A stretch of DNA of 62,124 nt, from assembly GCA_964599405.1 (NCBI GenBank), contig CAZRED010000003.1, positions 1 through 62,124 on the forward strand, written 5' to 3'. Of the stretch, positions 19,006-28,512 are shown in pieces (the stretch's first letter is position 1; each line of letters starts with the position of its first letter). Under the pieces are notes generated by a model, which saw only the letters and a list, made by a program, of their open reading frames with translations, searched no databases and was not told the origin of the DNA. This DNA comes from an uncultured Candidatus Saccharibacteria bacterium (GTDB taxonomy: Bacteria; Patescibacteriota; UBA1384; 2-12-FULL-50-11). The position numbers and the translations under genes are program-made.

Positions 19006-20831
19006 AGAGTAACTTGGTAAACACTGTTGTTGGCAACGAACCACAGTTCCCCGCCAACAATAGCGACGCCACTGATAGTTTTATCACTGACAAAGTAGCG
19101 CTGCCAAACTAACTCATTGGCAGGCGTTAGAACCGTAATCAGATTGTCGGTTTGAATCACGGTTAACCCCGCCTCAGTAGTGTCAATTCGACTGTCGGCG
19201 TTAGTGAATAAGTACGGCAAGATGCTACGGGTTTGCTCGCCGCGACGCCAACTGACTACACCGTTACTGGTTAGAGCAATAAAGTCGCCGTTGACGGTAA
19301 AATCAAGCAATTGTGCGCCACTGACTGCTGATAGGTTGTTGTACGGCGTTGTAGCGGTAATTTCGCCGGCAAAGCCACTCGCCCGATAGATACCGTTCGA
19401 CTCGGCAGTGTATATATAAAGATTGGCAGCGTACTTGGCGATTAATTTAACTCCAGTGGAAAGGGGGGCGGGCAGAGCAACAGCTACCGGCCCATTAGCC
19501 TCCCCACGATAGTGCCAAATATTGCCAAGACTATCGGTCACCACTAAGGAAGTTTCACTGAAGGCTACCAACCCAGTTGGCTGGCCAACTTTAAACAAAT
19601 GGTCAATTTGTTTGAGTCCACCGCTAAACAACAATTGCCAGAGCTGTCCCGTCTCGTCGACTAAATATAGCGATTCACCGGCCGGACTGATATCAACCAC
19701 CGAGTTAGGCAGTTCACTGACTACTCCCAGCAAACTGGCCAGTTCAATGCCCCGTCCAATTAGCGCTTGAGCCAATTCGGTGCGTTGGTCCTCTGCTAAC
19801 CCGGAAATCGTCCCCGCATTTTCCCGTAAAAAAGTCAGGGTGTTTTCAGCGGCCACCTCACTTAGTTGGGAGGTAATTGTGATATTTTGACTGGATGTTT
19901 CAGGCTGATTCGGGCGAAGCCATACCCAAATCAGCCCAACTGCCAGAATTATGGCAATTGCGCCAAACTGGAGCTGTCGCCGGCTGGGGCGTTTGATGCG
20001 TCTGACTAATGCCGGGAGCTCTCTAAAAAACCCAAATGATATTTTTGGTAATTTTGGCATAGTCAACCGGGGAAAAGCTGGTTTAGAAAATTGCGGCAGA
20101 TTGGGTAAATGGAATTTTGGCAAACGGATCGGGTAACGTTTCTCGCTTTCCTCCCAGTAAAGCGTTGCTTGGGCGCTCTGATCGGTGGAGTACTGTAGTA
20201 ATACAAGATTTAGAGAGTTTTGGGAGTTTTGGGCGCGGCTCTGAATTTCACTGGCTAATTGTTCAACTGAAGGTTGCTGCCAGAGTTCCGCCGGTTCGGA
20301 GGCTAAAAACTCGTAAAGATTTTGATTGGTGATACAAACAATATCGTTGCTATCGATGTCACCGCTGGTGACGGCCGCGAATTGGCCGCCAGCCTTATCG
20401 GCTCCGGCAGTCACGTCACTAAAAGTGCCGGAGCGAGCCAGTAGTATCCGACAAGTGCCAATTGTCGAAAAGTGAATTTGGTTATCTTCTAAAATAACCG
20501 CTGCTACCGATACCGGTTGTTGGATTTTTTCTTGCGACTTCACAATAGCCTTATTTAATTCCTTGAGCGCTTCTTCAAAGCGGATGAGGGTGGAGCGTGA
20601 TTCTGAGTGGGTGAATTCCCGGACGTATATTTGCCAGAACGATGTCGCTGCTTCCCGGGCGTGGTGCCAACGTTCCGGAATATCAATCATTAAAATTAGT
20701 CCCACCGGATGGGAGTCTTTAGACAAAACCGCAAAATAACTACTGCTAACGGCGTCTAGCGAACGTTTGTGGGCGAAGCGAAAAAGGCGGTAAGGGAAGG
20801 TAGTGTCGGCTGTCAGGTTTGTTTGGTCCAT
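19002..20831 (-). CDS. membrane protein: degenerate PP2C-like N-terminus, single TM, beta-propeller-like C-terminus
   Basis: IHFSTIGTCRILL resembles PP2C GDSR strand; TM FGAIAIILAVGLIWVWL; repetitive beta segments. Confidence 0.55.
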   Translation of the reverse strand: MDQTNLTADTTFPYRLFRFAHKRSLDAVSSSYFAVLSKDSHPVGLILMIDIPERWHHAREAATSFWQIYVREFTHSESRSTLIRFEEALKELNKAIVKSQEKIQQPVSVAAVILEDNQIHFSTIGTCRILLARSGTFSDVTAGADKAGGQFAAVTSGDIDSNDIVCITNQNLYEFLASEPAELWQQPSVEQLASEIQSRAQNSQNSLNLVLLQYSTDQSAQATLYWEESEKRYPIRLPKFHLPNLPQFSKPAFPRLTMPKLPKISFGFFRELPALVRRIKRPSRRQLQFGAIAIILAVGLIWVWLRPNQPETSSQNITITSQLSEVAAENTLTFLRENAGTISGLAEDQRTELAQALIGRGIELASLLGVVSELPNSVVDISPAGESLYLVDETGQLWQLLFSGGLKQIDHLFKVGQPTGLVAFSETSLVVTDSLGNIWHYRGEANGPVAVALPAPLSTGVKLIAKYAANLYIYTAESNGIYRASGFAGEITATTPYNNLSAVSGAQLLDFTVNGDFIALTSNGVVSWRRGEQTRSILPYLFTNADSRIDTTEAGLTVIQTDNLITVLTPANELVWQRYFVSDKTISGVAIVGGELWFVANNSVYQVTL

Positions 20832-20840
20832 AGAAGGTTG

Positions 20841-20914
20841 TCGGGACAGTGAGACTTGAACTCACGACCTCCGGACCCCCAGCCCGGCGCGCTACCAAAC
20901 TGCGCCATGTCCCG
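20841..20914 (-). tRNA. tRNA-Pro(GGG)
   Basis: CGGGACA/TGTCCCG acceptor, CCGGG-CTGGGGG-TCCGG anticodon arm, TTCAAGT T-loop. Confidence 0.96.
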
Positions 20915-20924
20915 AAATTGAGTA

Positions 20925-21200
20925 TCAGTCGTAGTCGAGCCCACGAACGGCTTGCTCCTGTGCCCGATTAGCCTTGCCGCATCCAACGAATTGGCACCCA
21001 ACAATGTGTCTCTTATGTGTCCAGCCCCGACACAGGCGTATCGCCCAGATCCAAGCTAAAATTGTAAGACAGGTGGGTATCCTTCTGGGCCTACCAAGGT
21101 AGACCCTGATCGCTTAGCCGGTTGGCCAGCGCCCAAAGGGTAGATTCCCGTAGAAATCTGTAAGGACCAATTGTTGTAGCGTACAAGGCTACCGTCAATA
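20925..21200 (-). ncRNA. candidate structured RNA (family unidentified)
   Basis: ORF-poor GC-rich intergenic stretch with nested stems GCTTG/CAAGC, CCTGTGTC/GGCACAGG, GGTCTACC/GGTAGGCC. Confidence 0.35.
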
Positions 21201-21227
21201 TAACGACAACCAAACGAGTTTCAAGGG

Positions 21228-21866
21228 TTAGCCACCGATGAGTAGGGCAGTGAGCTGGTTGCTGGCAAAGACTAAGTAATCAAGCAAGAAAAATATCACT
21301 AAAAAGAAGATGCCGAAAAAGAGTAGGGGATTCGAAGCCAAGGAAAAGTAGGTTTGTTCTGGTAAAAATAACCGCAGTAACCGGGAACCATCGAGTGGCG
21401 GAATCGGTAAAAGGTTGAAAAACATTAAGAAGATATTTAGATATATCCCCAGAAAAATTATCGCTTCTGCCAAGTCTGGTAGCGCTACAAAACGGTAAAT
21501 GGCAGCAAAAACAATCGCTAAAATAAGATTGCTCATTGGCCCAGCTAAGGCCGTTTGGATGCCATAGAGCCGGGGATTGTCGAAATTGCGCTCATCCACC
21601 GGGACTGGTTTGCCCCAGCCAAAAACTGGCAAATTCAAGCCGAACATCCGTAGTACTAACAAGCCAACCAGCAGAGTTGTTCCCACCGGATCCCAGTGTC
21701 GCAAGGGGTTTAACGACATCCGTCCGTCCATTTTGGCGGTTGGGTCGCCGAACAGGTTGGCCACAAAGGCGTGGGCAAACTCGTGAACCGTTAAACTCAT
21801 TAATATCAACACAATTACCCCGATCCCCACGAGCGTCGAAATTAGAACCGTCCCTTGAACATCCAT
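21228..21866 (-). CDS. site-2 protease, peptidase M50 family
   Basis: HEFAH, ALAGPMSN, FNLLPIPPLDG. Confidence 0.93.
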   Translation of the reverse strand: MDVQGTVLISTLVGIGVIVLILMSLTVHEFAHAFVANLFGDPTAKMDGRMSLNPLRHWDPVGTTLLVGLLVLRMFGLNLPVFGWGKPVPVDERNFDNPRLYGIQTALAGPMSNLILAIVFAAIYRFVALPDLAEAIIFLGIYLNIFLMFFNLLPIPPLDGSRLLRLFLPEQTYFSLASNPLLFFGIFFLVIFFLLDYLVFASNQLTALLIGG

Positions 21867-21908
21867 GCCTCTAAGTATATAATGGTTCTACTTCTATTCA
21901 AGATATAA

Positions 21909-22097
21909 ATGAAAAAATTTCTATTTTGTGAAATCTGCGGCAAAACTACCCAGTCGGGCAACAACCGTCCTAAATCGCTGCACAAAACCAAGCGGTTAAT
22001 TCAACCAAACGTTCAGAAATGGAACGGCGTCAGGCTATGTACTCGGTGCCGCCGCACTCTCAAAAAGCAAATTACGAAGCCGGTAGCCGTAGCTTAG
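21909..22097 (+). CDS. rpmB: 50S ribosomal protein bL28 (zinc-ribbon form)
   Basis: CEICGK..SGNNRPKSLHKTKR..PNVQ...LCTRC. Confidence 0.9.
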   Translation: MKKFLFCEICGKTTQSGNNRPKSLHKTKRLIQPNVQKWNGVRLCTRCRRTLKKQITKPVAVA

Positions 22098-22378
22098 GGG
22101 CTCTTTTTCGTTAAGACTTTTTCTTCGAAGCAGTTGCGGCAGAAAATTTCCGCATCCGGATTACTGGGCTTGAACATGGCTTCGCCGATTTGTCCACAAG
22201 AGCTACAAGTAATTTTGAAATACTCCGCTTCAACTTTTTGACGATTATTTTTTCGGCAATCTTTACAGCGAGTCGGTCGGTTTTTGAAGCCTTTTTGAGC
22301 AAAGAAATCCTGTTCGCCGGCGGTCCAGGTGAATTCTTTGCCGCATTCTTTGCATTTCAATACTTTGTCTTCAAACAT
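22094..22378 (-). CDS. zinc-ribbon protein (CxxC-x17-CxxC type)
   Basis: LKCKECGKEFTWTAGEQDFFAQKGF..PTRCKDCR followed by second CxxC pair. Confidence 0.88.
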   Translation of the reverse strand: MFEDKVLKCKECGKEFTWTAGEQDFFAQKGFKNRPTRCKDCRKNNRQKVEAEYFKITCSSCGQIGEAMFKPSNPDAEIFCRNCFEEKVLTKKSP

Positions 22379-22437
22379 TTAGCTAATCCTATCAGCAAAC
22401 CCCAGCTTATTCAATTGCTTAACAGGGTATTTTCGGT

Positions 22438-23040
22438 ATGATGTCAGCAATGTACCAACTCACCCCCGGCCGGTCTTACGTTATTGAGAGTCAAGTACCT
22501 GTTACCCAAGAGGTGTTTCCGGGAGTCTTACCGTACGACGTGATTGCTTTGGACGCAAGAATTCTCGATGTCAAAGATCTCCGGAACCAATTAACCAGCT
22601 TTCAGCAGCGCCCGTCGGGGGATCTGCGGCTATTATTAATCATCAACGCTCAACATTTGAGCGAGATTGCCCAAAACACTTTATTAAAAACCGTTGAGGA
22701 GCCGCCTAGCCAGGGGGCAGTAGTTTTTCAAACCAGTTCCATTGATGGATTTTTGTCGACACTGCGCTCGCGCTTACAGAAACTGCCAAGCATCTCTGCC
22801 CGGAGTCGCTCCACCACTACGGTTAAACTAGACATTGCGGCACTAATGAAAAAAGACCGGGCCGATGTGATCACCGAGCTGCAGAGCGCCTTGTTGTCGC
22901 TAGATTTAACAACGACAGAAGGGATTTATCAGCATCAACTATTAAATGCCACGCTGCGGCGTCTGCGCCAGAACGTCAACGTGAAGCTGGCGTTGGACTG
23001 GCTTCACTTGAACTCAAACCTAGAGTTAGGTATTGAGTAA
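22438..23040 (+). CDS. holB: DNA polymerase III delta-prime-like subunit (truncated)
   Basis: IINAQHLSEIAQNTLLKTVEEPP, TLRSR. Confidence 0.75.
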   Translation: MMSAMYQLTPGRSYVIESQVPVTQEVFPGVLPYDVIALDARILDVKDLRNQLTSFQQRPSGDLRLLLIINAQHLSEIAQNTLLKTVEEPPSQGAVVFQTSSIDGFLSTLRSRLQKLPSISARSRSTTTVKLDIAALMKKDRADVITELQSALLSLDLTTTEGIYQHQLLNATLRRLRQNVNVKLALDWLHLNSNLELGIE

Positions 23041-23086
23041 TAACACCGATGATTGCAACGCAAACAGATAGTGGCCCGGCAATAGT

Positions 23087-23728
23087 ATGATTATTCAGCT
23101 AATTTTCTTTATCGCTTTGGCCGCGTTTATTATTATCTTTGCCCACCGTTACTCGCTGAGATCAGAGGGGTTCCGCCGAATCCTTACGAGTGTCGTTACC
23201 GCTCTTGGGGCTGCTGCCGGCTGGTTAATTGGGCTACTGCGAAAGGTGAAGCTACCAACACCACGCCGCTCCAGGCGGCAGCGGGAGAGTTTTGGGGCAA
23301 CTAAAGTACTTTCTAATCAATCCGATGCCCCAACCGACCACGCCTTTTGGGCCAGCGAGGCGTTGGCTGACAAACCGGATATTTCCTCACACTTTGAAGA
23401 AGGCGAGCAGTTGTTCCGCCGGGGCAAGCACAAAGAAGCCGAACAGTTCTTTTTGAAAGCGGCCGCCAACAATCCCGGCGACGCCAAGGTTTACGCCCGG
23501 CTCGGGTTGCTATATTTGGAACAGAAAAATTACTCCGATGCTATCGAGTCACTGAAAGTGGCCGTCAAATTAGAGAAATATAATCCCAGCCGCCACTACA
23601 ATCTAGCACTGGCCTACTGGGGCAATAAAGACACTCGCCGAGCGATCTCTTGTGTTCGGGAAGCGATTGGACTAGATCCGGTGACGGAAAAATATCGAAA
23701 ACTCCTTGAGCAACTACTGAACGGGTAA
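23087..23728 (+). CDS. membrane-anchored TPR protein
   Basis: N-terminal hydrophobic segments; three TPR-like repeats (VYARLGLLY, RHYNLALAY). Confidence 0.85.
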   Translation: MIIQLIFFIALAAFIIIFAHRYSLRSEGFRRILTSVVTALGAAAGWLIGLLRKVKLPTPRRSRRQRESFGATKVLSNQSDAPTDHAFWASEALADKPDISSHFEEGEQLFRRGKHKEAEQFFLKAAANNPGDAKVYARLGLLYLEQKNYSDAIESLKVAVKLEKYNPSRHYNLALAYWGNKDTRRAISCVREAIGLDPVTEKYRKLLEQLLNG

Positions 23729-23784
23729 TTGCCGGTTTAATCTGGATTATCAGGGCTGGATTTGGTAAAATTTGGTAGTTACTT

Positions 23785-23840
<56 letters not shown>

Positions 23841-23856
<16 letters not shown>

Positions 23857-23905
23857 CGGTTTGTCTAGGGGAACGAGCGAACGCGAGTATCCCCGAAGAC
23901 GGCTC
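23841..23905 (+). repeat. 17-bp direct repeat of tRNA-Thr 3' end
   Basis: atccccgaagacggctc at 23841 and 23889. Confidence 0.9.
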
Positions 23906-23908
23906 TAG

Positions 23909-23992
23909 GCTGGGTTAACGAAGTGGTCAAACGTATCTGACTGTAAATCAGACGCCCTCGTGGCTTCGTAGGTTCGAATCCTACACCCAGCA
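23909..23992 (+). tRNA. tRNA-Tyr(GTA)
   Basis: GCTGGGT/ACCCAGC acceptor, TCTGA-CTGTAAA-TCAGA, long variable arm. Confidence 0.96.
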
Positions 23993-24144
23993 CTGGTCAA
24001 AATTTGGTCGTTGACCAAATTTTGGGCAGTATTGGAAAGGTCGAACCGACTGCTACAGCAGCAGGTTCGCTAGCGACTAATCCGCCGCTGGCGGAGAGGG
24101 AGCTTTCTGAAGCCCGCAGGGCTGAAGCCTCCTACACCCAGCAC
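23979..24144 (+). repeat. 15-bp direct repeat of tRNA-Tyr 3' end bracketing a palindrome-rich insert
   Basis: tcctacacccagcac at 23979 and 24130; insert has caaaatttggtc-gtt-gaccaaattttg and ccgccgctggcgg. Confidence 0.88.
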
Positions 24145-24147
24145 ATC

Positions 24148-24219
24148 GCCACCTTAGCTCAGTGGTAGAGCAGCTGTTTTGTAAACAGCAGGTCGTCGGT
24201 TCAAGTCCGACAGGTGGCT
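24148..24219 (+). tRNA. tRNA-Thr(TGT)
   Basis: GCCACCT/AGGTGGC acceptor, GCTGT-TTTGTAA-ACAGC. Confidence 0.96.
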
Positions 24220-24257
24220 CAACAAATTAGAAATTTTAAGGTACAATACATATTCAC

Positions 24258-24422
24258 ATGGCAAAGAAAAAAACCCGCGAACAAATTACGCTCGAATGTA
24301 CAGTCTGCAAAGAGCGTAATTACTACACCGAAAAAAACAAAACCAACAGCCCCAACCGGCTGGAGCTCAAAAAATTCTGCGACCGCTGCAAAAAAGTGAC
24401 TGCTCACAAAGAGAGCAAATAA
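24258..24422 (+). CDS. rpmG: 50S ribosomal protein bL33 (zinc form; not in ORF track, 54 aa)
   Basis: [54 protein letters not shown]. Confidence 0.96.
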   Translation: MAKKKTREQITLECTVCKERNYYTEKNKTNSPNRLELKKFCDRCKKVTAHKESK

Positions 24423-24478
24423 CCTCGACGCTACCCGGACTTATTGGTAGCATTGTTAGGTGTATTTAGGAAAAATTT

Positions 24479-24549
24479 AGGGGCTTAGTTTAATGGTAAA
24501 ACGACGGTCTCCAAAACCGTTGACGCGGGTTCGATTCCCACAGCCCCTG
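24479..24549 (+). tRNA. tRNA-Trp(CCA)
   Basis: AGGGGCT/AGCCCCT acceptor, ACGGT-CTCCAAA-ACCGT; one C-A mismatch in T stem. Confidence 0.95.
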
Positions 24550-24655
24550 CGAATTATATGAGCAGGGCAAGGGAACGCTCGTTAGAGCGATTCCCACAGC
24601 CCCTGCGAATATGTGGGAAAGGCGTGGTGCGACTATCCCTGTCACCCCTGCAAAT
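24532..24655 (+). repeat. 23-bp direct repeat of tRNA-Trp 3' end plus a degenerate third copy
   Basis: cgattcccacagcccctgcgaat at 24532 and 24588; cgactatccctgtcacccctgcaaat at 24630. Confidence 0.9.
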
Positions 24656-24670
24656 TGTCAGCCGTCGGCG

Positions 24671-24700
24671 TTGACAACCGGTTTTTCCGGCAAGTATACT
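24671..24700 (+). promoter_or_regulatory. sigma70 promoter of pil cluster
   Basis: TTGACA-18 bp-TATACT; GGAGG RBS before TTG 24728. Confidence 0.7.
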
Positions 24701-24727
24701 AGGTAAAGAAGAAATTAGGAGGGGATT

Positions 24728-25321
24728 TTGGAAAGTCACGACAAACAGCCAGTAGTACCGGCTCCGGCCGAAGATACGCAGGATCGTATCTCTTCGCTGG
24801 AAGACGCCTCAAAAACACTAAATAGCTTCGGGGTGATTATTTTCTACGTGGTGTTAGTCGAAATCGCCCTAATGTTTTTTCTTAATCTTTACCAAACCAG
24901 TCGCTACAAAACATTAAATACCGAGCTGGATACCCTTAGGGGGACCCTTAACTCCGTCGAGTACAGTACGCTTAATGCTCAAGTGGAAGAAGTGATTTCT
25001 GGTGCCGAAAAACTCGACATGGTTCTGGGGGCAAAAGTGAAATGGAGTAGTTTCTATACCCAGCTCAACGCCATCACGCCGAAAGATGTCAAACTTGGCA
25101 CCATTAACATTGGCAGCGACGGCTCCTTTAAGGCCGAGGGCGAAACCGCCAGCTTAACCAGCTTAGCTCGGGCGTTAGTCTCTTGGAACCAGGGAACAGT
25201 CTCCGTATCCACCCCATTTTCAACGATTAAGCTTAACTCCAACGGCTTTGTTGCCAAGGCCGGCGGCAAACGCGTTAGTTTTACCATTTCCGGCCAAATT
25301 AACTTGGGGAGGCTTCGCTGA
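24728..25321 (+). CDS. PilN-like type IV pilus assembly protein
   Basis: single TM, coiled coil, WSSFYTQLNAITPKDVKL; position before PilO-like gene. Confidence 0.72.
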   Translation: MESHDKQPVVPAPAEDTQDRISSLEDASKTLNSFGVIIFYVVLVEIALMFFLNLYQTSRYKTLNTELDTLRGTLNSVEYSTLNAQVEEVISGAEKLDMVLGAKVKWSSFYTQLNAITPKDVKLGTINIGSDGSFKAEGETASLTSLARALVSWNQGTVSVSTPFSTIKLNSNGFVAKAGGKRVSFTISGQINLGRLR

Positions 25322-25824
25322 TGGGCAAAATAAAAAAAGCCGGGCTACTTTTATTGTTGGCGGCCATTCTTGGTTGGTTTGCCGTCATCCGGCCGCAATT
25401 TAGTGCTTTCTCCCAAAACGCGACAAACGTCAAAGTCAAAAGCACGGAGGTCGCCTCCTACCAGCAACGTCTTGACGACTTACAAGCCATTAAAGCCCAG
25501 GGTGACAACGTTACCAAAACGCTAGAGTTACTCTACTTAGCCATGCCTAAATCCAGCCAAATTCCGGAAGTATTAGTGATGATTGAGGCGCTCGGTAGCC
25601 GGGCCGGAGTAGTGTTAGACGCCGCTACCGTTGGTACACCGACAGCCGGAGAAGTGCCAGTGTCGCTGTCATTCAGCGGTAATCTTGGCTCGGTCAGTAA
25701 TTTCTTAAACGCCATTAACGAAAACGTTCGAACGGCCATAGTTAAAAATCAGTCCATTACCTCTGAAGACGCCGGCTCAATGACTGTCAGTATCCAGTTG
25801 GGCTTAATTTTCCAGGGGGAATAA
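25321..25824 (+). CDS. PilO-like type IV pilus assembly protein
   Basis: N-terminal TM, coiled coil, MPKSSQIPEVL, SLSFSGNLGSVSNFLNAI. Confidence 0.8.
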   Translation: MGKIKKAGLLLLLAAILGWFAVIRPQFSAFSQNATNVKVKSTEVASYQQRLDDLQAIKAQGDNVTKTLELLYLAMPKSSQIPEVLVMIEALGSRAGVVLDAATVGTPTAGEVPVSLSFSGNLGSVSNFLNAINENVRTAIVKNQSITSEDAGSMTVSIQLGLIFQGE

Positions 25825-25832
25825 AGAATACG

Positions 25833-26099
25833 ATGAACAAATTCAAAGTAGAGTCGTTAATTGGTATGGGGCTGCTAACAGTCGCAATTTTGGGATTTAT
25901 TCTTAGTTTTGTGTTGAGCCTACCGAAGGGCGATGTGGTGACGGGTCGCGCCCAAGCACTACCGCCAATACCGCCCAATCTGTTTGCTAGCGACAACGAA
26001 CTAACCAAAAAAGTCCAAAGTTTAATCGCCCCACCTGGCGTACCGGTCACTCCCGACCCAGCTAACCTAGGGCGAACCAATGTATTTGAGAACTTTTAA
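25833..26099 (+). CDS. small membrane protein (PilP position)
   Basis: TM plus Pro-rich tail ending GRTNVF; between pilO and pilB. Confidence 0.55.
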   Translation: MNKFKVESLIGMGLLTVAILGFILSFVLSLPKGDVVTGRAQALPPIPPNLFASDNELTKKVQSLIAPPGVPVTPDPANLGRTNVFENF

Positions 26100-26102
26100 T
26101 GC

Positions 26103-28460
26103 ATGGCGTTAAAAGTTACCCAAAATCCGCCAGTTAAAGCATCGGGACGTCAATTCGTTGAATTTTTAGTCACCCGCGGGCATTTAAAAGACGGTTTTCG
26201 CTCCGTTTTAGGTGGGCGGGAACTTTGGCAAGTAGACCAGTATTTACTGGAGAAAAACCTCGTCTCCAAAGATCGGCTGCAACAGCTTTACGCCGACTAT
26301 TATGGTTTGCCGTTTATTCACATTGCCAACGTCGAAATACGCCCAGAGACTTTGTTATTAATCCCTAAAGACGTAGCGGAGAAATTTTTGGTTATTCCCT
26401 TCAAGCTAGTTGACCGGGAACTCTCGATTGCCATTGGCCGACCGGCGATGCTCCAGTCTTCAGCACCGCAAGCGCTACTGCAGTTGCGCCAACAAAAAGG
26501 GCTAGATATTCACTTGGCCGTTTCGCCGTTAGAAGAAGTACGGGCAGCGATTGAAAAAGCTTACAGTCCGGCTGCCGCGCCAGCTGCACCGCTGCCAGCC
26601 CCTGTCGAACCAACTACCGCCCACCCAGTTCAATCACTTAACAAACAAGACTTAATCAACGAGGTTGACCCGCGCCAAAAAACCGTCGATCTGACTAAGC
26701 TAAAAATACCCCAAGAAGTTTTAATGAAAATCCCGTTGACGGTGGCCAAAAAGTACAAAATTGTTGTCTTTGGTTCGAATTTGCAGCGCGGTCAGTATGA
26801 GCCGGCAATGATTCAGGTGGGTGTAGTTAATCCCAACGATCAGCACGTCAAAGAAATCTTGGGATATATCGAACAGAAAAACAAGATTCTTATCAATCGC
26901 TACTTAATTAGCGAGGAGTCGTTCCAGGCGGCGGTTGCCCACTATCCAAACATTCCAGAGGCAAAATCAGTTACCCCACCTTCACCGGTAGTCACTCCGA
27001 GCGCTGCCGTTCCGTCGGTGCCATCAACAGCGTCCGTTGCGCCACCATTACCAGCCCCACCCCCAGAAGTCACCGAAGGAATCGTTATTACAGAAGGTGA
27101 TATTACGAATCGCCCGTCAACTGATCTCTCAAACGTTGATGTCGCCAAAGAAGCCCAGCAGCGCGCCGACGACTTCGAGGACCAAGATTTAGATAAGTTG
27201 ATTCACCAACCGATCGTCGACACTAATGGTCTGGCGGGCGTTATCCGAACCGGCGCGGTGCCAGAAATTGTGGCGGCCACGCTGTTTTTGGGCATCCGCA
27301 TGAAAGCTAGTGATGTTCACCTGGAAGCTCAACGGAACGGTGTCCGGTTACGTTACCGCATCGACGGTATTTTGCACGACATCATCACGATGCCAAAATT
27401 TATGCACGCGCCGCTGGTTTCCCGCGTGAAAATTCTCTCCAAAATGAAGATTGACGAACAGCGTGTTCCCCAAGACGGCCGGTTTGACGTGATTATTGAT
27501 AAACGGCAGGTAGACCTGCGTGTCTCCACCCTTCCCACCGTTTTCGGTGAAAAAGTGGTAATGCGGCTGCTTGATAAATCGGCCGGGTTACTAACGCTTG
27601 AACAGATGGGCATTACCGAGGCCAATTTCGATACATTAATTGAAAACATCAACAAACCCTACGGAATTATCCTGGCAACTGGCCCAACTGGCTCGGGTAA
27701 AACCACTACGCTCTACGCCATCTTAAACCGCATCAGCAAGCCGGGCATCAATATTATCACCCTGGAAGATCCGGTTGAGTACGAACTTCCCGGCGTTAAC
27801 CAAGCGCAAGTCAAGCCGCAGATTGGCTTTAATTTTGCCGACGGGCTCCGTTCCGTGCTACGCCAAGATCCGAACGTCATTATGGTCGGTGAAGTGCGCG
27901 ACCTAGAAACGGCGGCCATGGCCACCCACGCGGCGCTCACTGGCCATTTAGTACTTTCAACGCTCCATACTAATGATGCGGCCGGCGCTTTGCCGCGGAT
28001 GATTAATATGGGTGTTGAGCCGTTTTTAATTACTTCTTCGGTTAATGCTGTCATAGGCCAACGGTTAGTCCGGCGGATTTGTCCAGATTGTCGGGAAAAA
28101 ACCACCATTCCGCCGGCTGTTAAAGATTTCGTTAACAAACAGCTCGATCAGGTTCCTTCCGGTCAGCTCAAAGACCTAAACCTGGAGCAGTTAATTTTCT
28201 ATCACGGTAAGGGCTGTCCGAACTGTACTAACGGCTACCGCGGCCGAATCGGGATTTTTGAGGTGTTGGCGATGAACGAGAAAATCGAGGATTTAGCGAT
28301 TAACAAGGCACCGTCGTCGGATATTAAGAAAGCGGCCGTTGAGGGGGGAATGATTACGATGATTCAGGACGGCTTTATTAAAGCTCTCAAAGGCATTACC
28401 ACGGTGGATGAAGTGATGCGCGTTACCACCGCTTCAATTAAAGACGCGCCACAGGAGTAG
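26103..28460 (+). CDS. pilB: type IV pilus extension ATPase PilB/GspE with tandem N-terminal domains
   Basis: ASDVHLE, GPTGSGKTTT, LRQDPNVIMVGEVRD, HLVLSTLHTN, CPDC/CPNC zinc site. Confidence 0.93.
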   Translation: MALKVTQNPPVKASGRQFVEFLVTRGHLKDGFRSVLGGRELWQVDQYLLEKNLVSKDRLQQLYADYYGLPFIHIANVEIRPETLLLIPKDVAEKFLVIPFKLVDRELSIAIGRPAMLQSSAPQALLQLRQQKGLDIHLAVSPLEEVRAAIEKAYSPAAAPAAPLPAPVEPTTAHPVQSLNKQDLINEVDPRQKTVDLTKLKIPQEVLMKIPLTVAKKYKIVVFGSNLQRGQYEPAMIQVGVVNPNDQHVKEILGYIEQKNKILINRYLISEESFQAAVAHYPNIPEAKSVTPPSPVVTPSAAVPSVPSTASVAPPLPAPPPEVTEGIVITEGDITNRPSTDLSNVDVAKEAQQRADDFEDQDLDKLIHQPIVDTNGLAGVIRTGAVPEIVAATLFLGIRMKASDVHLEAQRNGVRLRYRIDGILHDIITMPKFMHAPLVSRVKILSKMKIDEQRVPQDGRFDVIIDKRQVDLRVSTLPTVFGEKVVMRLLDKSAGLLTLEQMGITEANFDTLIENINKPYGIILATGPTGSGKTTTLYAILNRISKPGINIITLEDPVEYELPGVNQAQVKPQIGFNFADGLRSVLRQDPNVIMVGEVRDLETAAMATHAALTGHLVLSTLHTNDAAGALPRMINMGVEPFLITSSVNAVIGQRLVRRICPDCREKTTIPPAVKDFVNKQLDQVPSGQLKDLNLEQLIFYHGKGCPNCTNGYRGRIGIFEVLAMNEKIEDLAINKAPSSDIKKAAVEGGMITMIQDGFIKALKGITTVDEVMRVTTASIKDAPQE

Positions 28461-28512
28461 CTTTGGCAACGACAAAAAATATTAGTACACTGGGAATTGA
28501 GATGGAGGGAAC

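Noticed and set aside
20925-21200. tmRNA or RNase P RNA
   Set aside because: No tRNA-like TTCGA/ACCA ends and no GAGGAAAGTCC motif
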